This document shows positions 54,577 to 64,000 of a stretch of 64,000 nucleotides of DNA, in pieces. Origin of the DNA: an uncultured Planctomycetaceae bacterium (GTDB taxonomy: Bacteria; Planctomycetota; Planctomycetia; Isosphaerales; Isosphaeraceae). The translations under genes were made by a program, and so were the position numbers. Under the pieces are notes generated by a model, which did no database searches, was not told the DNA's origin, and worked only from the letters and a program-made list of their open reading frames with translations. The first letter of the stretch is position 1. Each line of letters starts with the position of its first letter. The DNA lies in contig CAWIAD010000001.1 of NCBI GenBank assembly GCA_963833985.1, positions 64,001 through 128,000 of the forward strand, in the 5' to 3' direction.

Positions 54577-55287
54577 CTACGAGAACACCCGGGCGATGAG
54601 AAAGGCGGCGGTGGCGGCCAGGCCGCCGATCAGCATGGTCTGCGCAGCACTTCGCCAGGGTCGCATACCGGTGAAGCGGCCCTTGACGTAGCCGAATCCC
54701 AGCAAGGCCACCAGTGTGACGGCCACCGAAACCAGCAGCGCCGAGTGTGTCGAACTCATGACCATGTAAGGCGAGAGCGGAATCAGTCCTCCGGCGATGT
54801 AAGCTCCGGCAATGGTCAGCGCGCTCCAGAGCGCGCGGCCGGGGTTCGGCTCTTCGAGGCCCAGTTCGAACCGCATCATGAAGTCGACCCAGGCGGGGTG
54901 GTTGTTCCGGAAGGCACGCAGGATTGGCTCAATTTCCTGGTCGGTCAGACCATAGTGCTGGAAGACCTGAGCCACCTCCAGCGCTTCGACGTCAGGCACA
55001 TCGACCACCTCGCGTTCCTCCCGGAGCTTCTCGTTGGCGAAGTGCTCCGCGTCGCTGCGGGCCGCCAGGTACCCGCCCAGACCCATGGCGATGGATCCGG
55101 CCGCGACCTCGGCAAGCCCCGCTGTAACGATGATGGCGGTGGTGGCCACGGACGATCCTGACAGTCCGGCGGCGAGTGCGAAAGGGACCGTCAGACCGTC
55201 GGACATGCCGATAACGACGTCCCGGACCGCCTCGCTGGCGGTGAAGTGACGCTCGACGTGGAGCGGTTGATGCATGAGGAGACTCAC
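54577..55287 (-). CDS. VIT1/CCC1 iron/manganese transporter
   Basis: RDVVIGMSDGLTVPFALAAG, SIAMGLGGYLA, FMMRFELG. Confidence 0.92.
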   Translation of the reverse strand: MSLLMHQPLHVERHFTASEAVRDVVIGMSDGLTVPFALAAGLSGSSVATTAIIVTAGLAEVAAGSIAMGLGGYLAARSDAEHFANEKLREEREVVDVPDVEALEVAQVFQHYGLTDQEIEPILRAFRNNHPAWVDFMMRFELGLEEPNPGRALWSALTIAGAYIAGGLIPLSPYMVMSSTHSALLVSVAVTLVALLGFGYVKGRFTGMRPWRSAAQTMLIGGLAATAAFLIARVFS

Positions 55288-55330
55288 TCGGGTGCGGGTG
55301 GGTTGGAACGGTCCGGGGAGGGGTTACGGT

Positions 55331-55720
55331 TCAGTCCCGTTCCCCTGTCGCGCGGCGGGCGTCGCGCTCGAACCAGTTGTCGCGATAGTAATGTCCGCCG
55401 CGACGCCACGCCAGCACACTGGCGGCCATGTAGGCGGGAAGGAAAGCCGGTCCCCAGCGCTCGGCTTGCCGAACGTGCACCTGCTCGTGGTCGCGCAGCT
55501 CGTCAAGGATGGGCGCATCGCGGCCCAGGATCACGTGGCCCAAAGTCATGGCTCCGAAGCCGATGCGGTCGAAGAACCAGCCGGCGAATCCGCCGTGGAA
55601 TTCCAGGGCTCCCCGCCGCCCTTGCACCCGCCCGCCCGTGCCCAGAGTGATCGTGCCGGCGATCAGGCCCAGAAGAGTTGTGGGGGCGGCCCAGGCATAG
55701 CAGGCGACTCGACCCACCAT
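55331..55720 (-). CDS. Conserved hypothetical protein with HExxH motif
   Basis: AMTLGHVILG...HEQVHVRQAERWG...YYRDNWFE. Confidence 0.7.
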   Translation of the reverse strand: MVGRVACYAWAAPTTLLGLIAGTITLGTGGRVQGRRGALEFHGGFAGWFFDRIGFGAMTLGHVILGRDAPILDELRDHEQVHVRQAERWGPAFLPAYMAASVLAWRRGGHYYRDNWFERDARRATGERD

Positions 55721-55967
55721 CAGCGGCGGTCTGGCGGGCTGCCGCCGGGACGGCACGCGCGCGGACCGGCTCGTCCACCTGCCGTGAAGATTGCGGCGCT
55801 CCCGGCTGCGATCTCGGTTCATTACGACGTGTCACCTCAATGAGCGTGGTAAGCTTTTGCGCGAAGCGGGCTCTGCCCCGGCCTGCATTTGCCCCGTCCA
55901 GAACACGCTTTCCGTCTCACTGGCCGGCGGTCGCTTCTTGTGGCCTCCTGGAGGATCATCACCTCTC

Positions 55968-57483
55968 GTGAGCACCAGCCTTTCACCTCGCACTTTGGAG
56001 CCATCCCAGCTCCCGGCACTCCTCCGCTCCGAGCTCGAGGAGCCACTTCCTCGCGCGGCAACTGGGTCTGGACGATCGCGCCGGCGTATACCGGCGTGTT
56101 CCTCTGGATTCCACTTCTCGACCGGCTGGGAACCTGCTGGTCTGGACCAGGCAGCACCGGCCGGCTCGCGGCAGCCGCCCTGCTGGGAATCCTCGCCTGC
56201 TACCTCCTGTTCTACGAAATTCCGGCGCGGTGGGGCAATGCAGCCGGGCGACGCCTGTGCGTGGTGGGGGCATCCACATTCGGCACGACCGGATCGGAAT
56301 GGATCCTGGGCATCGTGCTGGCGCTGGGGGCGGTGGGCTACTACGCGATGTCCATCTTCATGGCGGTCAAGCTGATCCTCCTGGGATTGCTCTCATGCGG
56401 GCTGGTCCATTCCAGCATCTTCCAGACCTGGAACCTTGGCCCGCTGGTAGTGGAGAGCCCGGTGTTTCTGCTCACGGCCGGGTTCTGGATCTACGTCGTC
56501 ACTGTGGCCTGCCGCCTGCGCATGGCGGGCGTGGTGTTTGCCCTGATGCAGGTTTATGCACCCGTGGCGCTGCTGGTTCTTGCGCGACCGCCGTACTGGC
56601 AACCAGCGGGTTGACGGTGTACGCCGGGCCTTCTCCAGGCGCCGGCTTGCCGGGCTCGCTTCCCTACGCCGCCTCCCCGTCCGGGGAACTCTTCCTCATG
56701 CAGTTGCTGCTGGGAGCGTTCGCCATGTCGGGTCTGGCGGGCGTGGAGTGGGGCATGGCCGTGCGGACCCGGCGCGACGTTCGGATCGGCGGCTGGCTGG
56801 GGATCATCCTGGCGGGGTCGTACTGCACCATCGTCTCGCTGCTCACGGTGGCGGCAGCGGCAGGCCGGATCGGCATCCCGGGCTCGCTCCCTGGTCACGA
56901 TTCGCCCGTGACTCCGCTGTCATTTCACTGGGCCATCTTCCAGGGCATCGGCGGGATCACCGGCGGCGTTCTCCTCATGCTGCTGGGGCTGGTCACCATG
57001 GCCCCGGCGGTGTACTCGGCGTGGGTCTTCCGCCAGAAGACCTCCACGCGCTGGCCTGCGATTCCCCGCAGGCAGTGGACACGGCTGGGCGGGGTGCTTG
57101 CATTCCTGCTCGCGGCGACCGGCCTGGCAGACCGGATCGAGACGCTCTTCGAGCTGCTCGGCGCGGTGTTCGCACCGGCCGTCGGAGCCCTGGTGGCAGA
57201 CTGTCTGCGGCAGAAGGGGACCTGGCGCGGCGTCCGCCCCGGCTGGAACCCGGCGGGCCTGCTGGCCTGGGTTGTGGGTTGTGCCGTTGCCCTCGTGCCG
57301 GTGCTCGGTCGAGCCCTTGACTGGACGACGGCAGAGCGATTCCAGCCCGCGGTCCTCTACGGCTATCTGGCTGCGGCCGCCACCTATCTGATCGTCTCGA
57401 GCGCGGGTCTCGAACGGCCGCTGGTTCGCATTGATAAGACCGCTTCTGATGCAGCACAGCCCGCTGCGCCTGCCCCGGGCTGA
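55968..57483 (+). CDS. Purine-cytosine permease-like membrane transporter, frameshifts ~56050 and ~56580
   Basis: Many TM helices across ORFs 55889..56614 and 56230..57483; GASTFGTTG, GWNPAGLLAW; family call tentative. Confidence 0.65.
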
Positions 57484-57552
57484 GACCGTCGCCCACGCTC
57501 GTCGGCCAGGCCGGTTCCACCCAGAGCGCCGCTCGGGCACCGGCTGCCCGGA

Positions 57553-58938
57553 TCAGTGGCCGCCGGGCGCGGAGAGCGAGGTCAGCATCTGAATGTAGGG
57601 CAAGAACACGGCCAGGATGATGAACAGCACGACGCCGCCCAGGGCGAGTACGAGGAACGGCTGAACCAGGTGCCCAAGGTTCTTGACCATGTGCGACACC
57701 TGTTCCTCGTAGTCGTCGGCCAGGTGATTCAGGCTCTCGGGAATCTTGCCCGTCTCCTCACCCGTCTCCAGGACCGCGAGGATGTCCGCCGAGAACTGCC
57801 GCGACGGCGCGAGCGCCGCGCTCAGCTCCTTCCCCTGGATCACCTTTTCCCGAGCGGCGCGGACGGCCTGGCTGATGGGCGTCATGTGGACCACGCCGGC
57901 AGTCAGGTCGATGGAGCTACCGACGTCGACGCCGGCATCGAGCAGGGTCGCCAGGGTGCGGGCAAACCGGCTGACGTCGATCTTGCGGCAGAGTGCGCCG
58001 AAGACCGGAACGCGCAGGATCAACCGGTCGATCAGCGCACGGCCGGCAGAGGTCTTGTAGAACCGGTAGATCAGCACGGGCGTGCCGAAGAAGACAATCG
58101 GCATGACCCACCAGCCGGCGGCTCCGACAAAGTCGCTGAACGCCATGAGGGCGCGGCTGGGCAAGGGAAGCTCGGACTTGCTTCCCAGGTCCTTGAGCAT
58201 GGAAGCGAACATGGGCAGCAGGAAGACGGTCAGCAGCGCGATCACGCCGGCCGCCATCGTCAGCACGATGACGGGGTAGATGAGCGCCGAGCGCGCCTGG
58301 CGGATCAGCCGCTGGCGGGCCTCGTAATGGTTGCCCATCATGCGTAGCGTTTCGGGCACACCCCCGCGCGCCTCGGCCACGCGGATCATGCTCAGGAACA
58401 TCGGGCTGAAGACCCGGGGTTCCTCGGCCATCGCTTCTTCAAGCGTGGATCCGTTCTTGATGGCGAGCTTCATGCGGCCGATAGGCAGCCCCAGCGCTGA
58501 TCCGGTGAATTGCTTTTCCAGGCTGGCGAAGGTACGCGTGTAATCCACTCCCGCGTTCAGATACGAGGCGCACTGGCGGCAGAACTGGGCGAGCTGACCG
58601 GAGCTGACGCGGCCGAAGAGGATGCGCTCCCACCACTTCGGTCCCGCCGCCAGGGGCTCGCGGTACGCGCGGTCGAAGTCGGCGGAGCGCGACGCTTTCG
58701 CCGCGCCGGCTCCCGGCTGTGCGCCGGGTCCGGATGCGGACCCGCCCTTGGCTTTCGGCCGGGCGGGGTTGGGCCGGAAGGTCGTCTTGTCAGGGACGTC
58801 CGAGGGGGGCAGCCGTGGAGGCTGCGAGCCTGGCCGCTTTGCCGCGCCTCCGGGACGGCGAGGCGGCTGCGGCCGCGACGGATCCGGGTCGTCGAACGCT
58901 TGGCTCAAGGTCGGGCCCCCGTGAAAGAGATGCGGCAT
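57553..58938 (-). CDS. Type II secretion F / type IV pilus PilC inner-membrane platform protein
   Basis: Two T2SSF repeats: VAEARGG..ALIYP and FARTLATLLDAGV..TGEETG; start uncertain. Confidence 0.9.
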   Translation of the reverse strand: MPHLFHGGPTLSQAFDDPDPSRPQPPRRPGGAAKRPGSQPPRLPPSDVPDKTTFRPNPARPKAKGGSASGPGAQPGAGAAKASRSADFDRAYREPLAAGPKWWERILFGRVSSGQLAQFCRQCASYLNAGVDYTRTFASLEKQFTGSALGLPIGRMKLAIKNGSTLEEAMAEEPRVFSPMFLSMIRVAEARGGVPETLRMMGNHYEARQRLIRQARSALIYPVIVLTMAAGVIALLTVFLLPMFASMLKDLGSKSELPLPSRALMAFSDFVGAAGWWVMPIVFFGTPVLIYRFYKTSAGRALIDRLILRVPVFGALCRKIDVSRFARTLATLLDAGVDVGSSIDLTAGVVHMTPISQAVRAAREKVIQGKELSAALAPSRQFSADILAVLETGEETGKIPESLNHLADDYEEQVSHMVKNLGHLVQPFLVLALGGVVLFIILAVFLPYIQMLTSLSAPGGH

Positions 58939-59074
58939 GCGGACACGAGAAAGGCGCCCGCGAGTTTCGCATCCTCCTCATCGTCCGGACCGATCGCCGG
59001 CAGGTCAAGTGCCGGGAACACCAGGACTGCTTCATTTCATGCTCCGTTTCCACTGCCCTCAGGGGGAGATCCGG

Positions 59075-59487
59075 TCAGCGGCTGAGAACCAGTGGCAGTG
59101 CCCGGAGACGACCGACCGCGGGAGAGTTGTTGCACGGGAGCCTGAGGGCCACCCGGATGTGGCCGTCAACACCAGGTGAGCCCACTGGCCCCCGGAGTTG
59201 GCTTGTGGAGGATGAGCTCCCTGGACGAACGGCAGGTCTCGCTCGGCTGGCGTGTCGTCGAGCCATCGCCCGGGTGAGCCGCGACCGGCTGGCCACCAGG
59301 GACTTGACGACCTTGCGGACCAGGCGGGCGGCGATGTCCCTGGCCCACTTGCCGGCAGCCGGCGCCGCCGTGTCGCAGGGTCGGAGGCCGTGTGTTCAGG
59401 CCCGCGGCGCGGATCCACCGTGTGACGGTCCTCCGCCCGCGTGCCAGGACCGCGCCGAGGAGCAACCAGGCCAGCCTGCCAGCGGAT
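59075..59487 (-). pseudogene. Degenerate IS701-like DDE transposase fragment
   Basis: RLAWLLLGAVLARGRRTVTRWIRAAG, IAARLVRKVVKSLVA, DDTPAER and GPVGSPGVDGHI pieces spread across shifted frames. Confidence 0.65.
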
Positions 59488-60037
59488 CCGTGGCCGTGGA
59501 TGGCTTCGCGGTTCTGGATAACCATCTGCACCGGCTGGTGCGGCTCGAGCCAGATGTGGCGGCGGGGTGGGCGGATGAAGAGGTCGTGCGGCGCTGGGGG
59601 AGGCTCTTCCCGCCCCGCGACAGAGCGCGACAGGCTGTGCCGGTCTCGGACGCGTGGGTGCAGGAGCGGCTGAGAGACGTGAGGTGGGTGGTGATCGCAC
59701 GCCAGCGGCTGGAAAGCCTGAGCTGGTTCATGATGTGCCTGAAGGAGCCGCTGTCGCGAATGGCCAACCGCGAGGAGAACACCCGCGGGGCGTTCTTCGA
59801 GGGGCGGTTCCAGAGCGTGGCGATCCTCGATGAGGAATCGCTGCTGGCAACGTGTGCCTCCATCGATCTGAAACCGGTGGCGGCGGGCATTGCTGAGGTA
59901 CCCGAGGCGAGCGCCCACGCGTCGATCAAGGAACGGGAGGAGCACATTCAGGAGCAGGGCGGGCGGAGGACCTGAAGTCTGCAAAGTCCGGCAGCGTGGC
60001 GGGGTCGCAGGCGGCGGAGGGGCTGGAAGAAGATGCC
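59487..60037 (+). pseudogene. Truncated REP-associated tyrosine (HUH/Y1) transposase fragment
   Basis: FAVLDNHLH (HUH), LSWFMxCLKEPLSRMANRE, GAFFEGRF, SIDLKPV (Y and N of YxxxNP lost); no N-terminus; frameshift near 59970. Confidence 0.75.
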
Positions 60038-60043
60038 ACGAAG

Positions 60044-60386
60044 TGCAGGTCGGGCTCACGCCCGAGGTTGGGGGGTTGCGCCCGTGGAAACCACGTGCTC
60101 ACGCACGTGGCCATCGCTCTGCGCCGCGGACGCCGGGTCGGGTGGACCGGCGCCGTGGGGATGCGTGTGATGCGGCGATATGCAGGTCGGGCTCACGCCC
60201 GAGGTTGGGGGCTGCGCCCGTGGAAACCACGTGCTCACGCACGTGGCCATCGCTCTGCGCCGCGGACGCCGGGTCGGGTGGACCGGCGCCGTGGGGATGC
60301 GTGTGATGCGGCGATATGCAGGTCGGGCTCACGCCCGAGGTCGGGGGCTACGCCCGTGGAAACCACGTGCTTACGCACGTGGCCAT
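60044..60386 (+). repeat. Tandem array of ~137-bp units (2.5 copies), each with two palindromes
   Basis: Units start at 60044, 60181 and 60317; hairpins tcgggc-tcac-gcccga and ccacgtgc-tcac-gcacgtgg. Confidence 0.92.
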
Positions 60387-60508
60387 GGGCAGCGGATCCA
60401 AGGCGCTGGCGCCCGCGGCCATGGGCAGCGGATCCGGGCGCCGGCGCCGCGGGCCCAGGTGGAAGCGGACGCCGCGATGTCCACAAGGCCCTGAACGTAG
60501 GCAGTTGC

Positions 60509-60597
60509 GTAGGGTGTGCCCAGCGCAGCGACGGCGCACCGAATTGCGTCGCGGTCATCCCCACTGGTGCGTCGTCGCTGCGCTGGACGCAGCCTAC
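60509..60597. repeat. GTAG-type REP doublet
   Basis: 32-nt gtagggtgtgcccagcgcagcgacggcgcacc (60509-60540) and an inverted copy (60566-60597), 4 mismatches. Confidence 0.75.
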
Positions 60598-60864
60598 AAA
60601 TGCACACACTGGCGAGCACCAGTAAGATACAATCCCCGCCCGCACAAGGTCGTGAGCATCGACCGGGCGGAGTGCATGGGACAGCGTGGGGGCGATCCAC
60701 AAAGCGCTCCGAACCGGGCACAGCAACGGGCGGCTTGACCACGGCAAGCCAGGCGGCCACGCCAATTTCGGACACCGAACCCCGCGCGGACGGCTCGCAC
60801 ACCACCCTGAACTGTGGCTGGCCCTTTCGTGCGACTCGGATTCCCCTGGAAGCGTCGGCGCAGC

Positions 60865-60891
60865 AAAAACCCCGGCAGTTGCTCCGGGGTT
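60865..60891 (-). terminator. Rho-independent terminator after ferredoxin
   Basis: aaccccgg/ccggggtt stem running into TTTTT on the minus strand. Confidence 0.7.
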
Positions 60892-60963
60892 GAAGAACGA
60901 CGTCTCTCGATCGCCTGGCGCGGGAGCGCTCGCGGCTTGCGGGCGGCCGGATGGAAAGGTCTG

Positions 60964-61269
60964 TTATTTCTTCTTGCGCGACTTGTCGCACGACTCGGAT
61001 TCGAGGGCGTCTTTCTTCTCGTTGATCACGGGGCAGAGCGGCGACTGTTCGGCATTCAGCGCGGTGAAATCCTTCCACTCCTCAGGCAGGTTGTCCTCGT
61101 GGAAGATGGCCTCGACGGGGCATTCCGGGACGCAGGCCTCGCAGTCGATGCATTCATCCGGGTGGATGTAAAGCATCTGGGCACCCTCGTAAAAGCAATC
61201 GACCGGGCAGACCACCACGCAGTCGGTGTATTTGCAGTCGAAGCAAGGCTCGGCGACAACGTGAGCCAT
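60964..61269 (-). CDS. fdxA: 7Fe-type ferredoxin (FdxA family)
   Basis: [18 protein letters not shown] and [20 protein letters not shown]. Confidence 0.93.
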   Translation of the reverse strand: MAHVVAEPCFDCKYTDCVVVCPVDCFYEGAQMLYIHPDECIDCEACVPECPVEAIFHEDNLPEEWKDFTALNAEQSPLCPVINEKKDALESESCDKSRKKK

Positions 61270-61427
61270 TCGTGACTCCTTTGGCGGTTCAAATTCAAGA
61301 CTCGGGATCGCCCGCGGGCGGCAAAGGGGCGGAAGCCGCCGCCCCGGATGCACGTCATCTTAGGAAGCTCCACCGGGACGGTCAAGGGCGTGCCAGGGGC
61401 CGGGTTCAGAGAACTGAAAGTGGTGGA

Positions 61428-62030
61428 TCAACTGGACTTCCGCTTGGCGCTCTTGATGGTGATCGCCTTCAGCGGCACGTTCTCATGAGGACCCCGCGAG
61501 GCGGTCGAGACGTTGGCGATCTTGTCCACGACGTCCATGCCATCGATCACCTTGCCGAAGACGGTGTAGCCCCCGCCGTAGTTGTCCAGCCGGGGGTTAT
61601 CGGCATGGTTGATGAAGAACTGGCAGGTGGCCGAGTTCGGGTTGGCGGTGCGGGCCATGGCGACGGTCCCGCGCTCGTTCGAAAGTCCGTTGCTCGACTC
61701 GTTCTTGATCGGGTCGTGCCGGCCCTTGGACTTCTCCTCCATCTGCTCGGTCATGCCGCCCCCCTGGACCATGAATCCAGGGATCACGCGATGGAAGATG
61801 AGACCGTCGTAGAAGCCCTCATCGACATACTTGAGGAAGTTCGCGACGGTGATGGGGGCTTTGTCGGGGTACAGCTCCAGAGTGATCGGCCCCATCGACG
61901 TATCGAGCACGACGACGGGCTTCTGGCCGGAGGCCTGGCCGGCGACCGCACTGGCGGACAGACAGGCGCCCAGACCCAGGGCCACGAGGGAGAACAAGGT
62001 GAGCGAAGTCATGAGTCGTCCTGGTTGCAT
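61428..62030 (-). CDS. Cyclophilin-type peptidyl-prolyl cis-trans isomerase, exported
   Basis: APITVANF, FHRVIPGFMVQGGG, AMART, QFFIN, YTVFGKV; signal peptide. Confidence 0.93.
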   Translation of the reverse strand: MQPGRLMTSLTLFSLVALGLGACLSASAVAGQASGQKPVVVLDTSMGPITLELYPDKAPITVANFLKYVDEGFYDGLIFHRVIPGFMVQGGGMTEQMEEKSKGRHDPIKNESSNGLSNERGTVAMARTANPNSATCQFFINHADNPRLDNYGGGYTVFGKVIDGMDVVDKIANVSTASRGPHENVPLKAITIKSAKRKSS

Positions 62031-62246
62031 GGTCTGAAGAACTCCACGGTGGCGAGCCCACACGGATCGCCGGGACGGGGCCGCTCACCCCGCCCCTGAC
62101 AGATCTCCACACGAGCAGACACGTTACGCTAACAAACCGGGGGAATGCTGTCGAGCGGCTGGCAGCAGGTCCGGCAACTCGCCGGAGGAGGCATTCCGTG
62201 GTCGGCACGCGAGTACGGGGCCAGGCCGGACGCCCGGGCCTCCGGG

Positions 62247-64000
62247 TCAATTGCCCGAAATCGGCCGGCCGAGCTGGCGCACCAGCGTCTCCGCGTCCTG
62301 GACCATGGCCGGGGTGAGCTGCTCGCGGCCTTCGAGCGCCTTGGCCAGGTAGACCCGGGCGCGGACACTGCGTGAATGGTCCACGGCGAGCAGCTTACCG
62401 ATGTGGTAATTGAGCATGGGATGATCGGGAGATCGCACCAGGCCCGACTGGTACGACGCTTCCGCGTCGGTGCGGCGTCCCATCGCTTCCTGGATGGCAC
62501 CCAGGGTGTCATAAAACTCTCCCGGCAGAGTCGCCGGGTTGACGCCTTTCATCACGCTCTGGAGCAGTTCGTATGCCTGCGGAGTCTTCTTGAGGTAAGT
62601 GTGCAGGACCCACGCCTTGTTGTTGGCCGCCTCGATGTGGGCCGGCTGGGTCCTGAGCACGCGGTCGTACTCGGCAACGCAGCGCTCGAAAAAGGGACGG
62701 GCGGCACCGGCGTCGCCCTGGCTCTCACCGAGGGAGAGCAGCAGGTCGCCCAGGTTCAGATGCGCGACCGCGTTATCCAGCAAGCTCGCGGCGCGCTCCG
62801 AGACCGGCAGGGCCAGGGCAAGCTGGCCGGCCTTGTGGTAGCCGACGGCCGCGGCCAGCACCAGCGACCCTTCCTTGTCGCGCTCGATGACCGCGGCGAC
62901 CGTCTGCTCGGCCAGGGCCAGGTCGGCGGCGCTGGGTGGAGCGCCTGTGGGCTGCTGGCGGCCGGCCAGCATCTGCACCAGCCGCGCCAGCGCCTCGCCG
63001 TCCTGGGGGTTGGCCTTGAGCGCCCGGTTGAGCGCCGCAATCGCGGCCGGCCGGCGGCCGCGCGCCTGCTCGATGTCGGCTAGCGTGTGGTAGGCCTCGC
63101 GGAACCGAGGTTCGGTGGTGATGGCCGCCTGCAAACGTTCGACGGCGGCCCTGCGCCCGGCCTCGCGCTGGGAATCGCCGGAGCCGGCCTCGGCCAGGGC
63201 GCGGGCCTCCAGCAAGATGGCGTCGGCGCGGTCCTTGTTGTCGTCCAGCACGATCCGCGCCTGCTTCAGCGCCTCATCGGGCTCGTGCAGCTTCATCGAG
63301 CTCCTGACCCAGCAGGATGCGGATCTCGGGCTGTGTCGGGTTCCGCTGGAGTGCTTCCCTGTAGCCCTTGACAACGTCGTCCGATTTGCCGGCGCGAGCG
63401 TACAGCCTGGCCCGCAGCAGAGGCCCCGTGGTGGACTCGGGTGCCGCCTTGTCGATCTCCTCGGTGATGGCGATGGCCCGGTTCAGATCTCCGGCACGCG
63501 CCGCCAGGTCGCACTCGGCCTGCATGAAGACGATGCTCCGCGAATACCGCTTGCGGAAGTCGCGAATCATCACCAGGGCCTTATCGTCGAGCGTGCGCTG
63601 GAGCGTGGACTTGCCGGCGGCTGCTGCCTCGGCGGCCTCGAGGGAAACCACCTGCACGAGAGCGGCCGCGAGGTTGGCGTCCTCCGGCGATTCGGCCAGA
63701 AGCTTGTTCAGCAAGCTTTCTGCCCGCTCGTATTCCTTCCGCTCGCGGAGCACGTCCACCAGCAACCGCCGGAACACCCCCCTGGGGTCGTCGTGGGTCT
63801 TCGACTCGATGAGCTCGAGGGCGCCCTGGAGGTCGCCCCGCGAGGCCAGCAGGTAATACTCCGCCTGGACGAGCTCGATCGATCGGGGCTGGATGGTGAG
63901 CCCGCGTTCGAGCACGGCCCGGGCGCGCTGGGTGGCCGTGGCCGCCGGCGGTTTCTCGTTCTCGACCGCGGCCAGCATCAGAAAGAAGACGGCCGGCGCC
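62247..64000 (-). CDS. Large TPR-repeat protein (5' part outside the window; frameshift ~63295)
   Basis: TPR-like helices, AANNKAWVL, FYDTLG across ORFs 63274..63978 and 62247..63374. Confidence 0.78.

Noticed and set aside
60044..60386. CRISPR array
   Set aside because: The would-be spacers are identical, the conserved part is ~70 bp, and there are no cas genes; it is a tandem duplication.

Overview
High-GC bacterial chromosomal window, most likely from a planctomycete (Isosphaeraceae-like). The taxonomy is inferred from a DUF1559 prepilin-type gene with a partner lipoprotein, a PEP-CTERM protein, the style of the Hanks kinase and tandem tatA genes. From left to right the window holds: a complete chemosensory cluster (cheA-cheW-soluble tandem-GAF MCP-cheY-cheB-cheR-cheX) whose CheA appears to carry a CZB-like zinc-sensor domain inserted inside its first CheW-like domain; a Ser/Thr kinase with a Clp-N-like tail; a ~1 kb integrase-less toxin-antitoxin islet between tRNA-Val(TAC) and a decayed copy of its 3' half; a GNAT/M20/NSAR D-amino acid conversion operon; folA-thyA; several SDR/AKR oxidoreductases; a giant TPR + C39-like peptidase gene; a di-heme cytochrome c peroxidase with a ~540 nt hairpin-rich leader; three tandem tatA-like genes; tRNA-Leu(TAG); a pilC/gspF gene; back-to-back IS701 and RAYT transposase remnants followed by a 137-bp REP-like tandem array; ferredoxin; cyclophilin; and a partial TPR gene. 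About a dozen genes are split by isolated frameshifts, which most likely reflect long-read indel errors rather than pseudogenisation. All family assignments come from motif recognition by eye; no searches were run.
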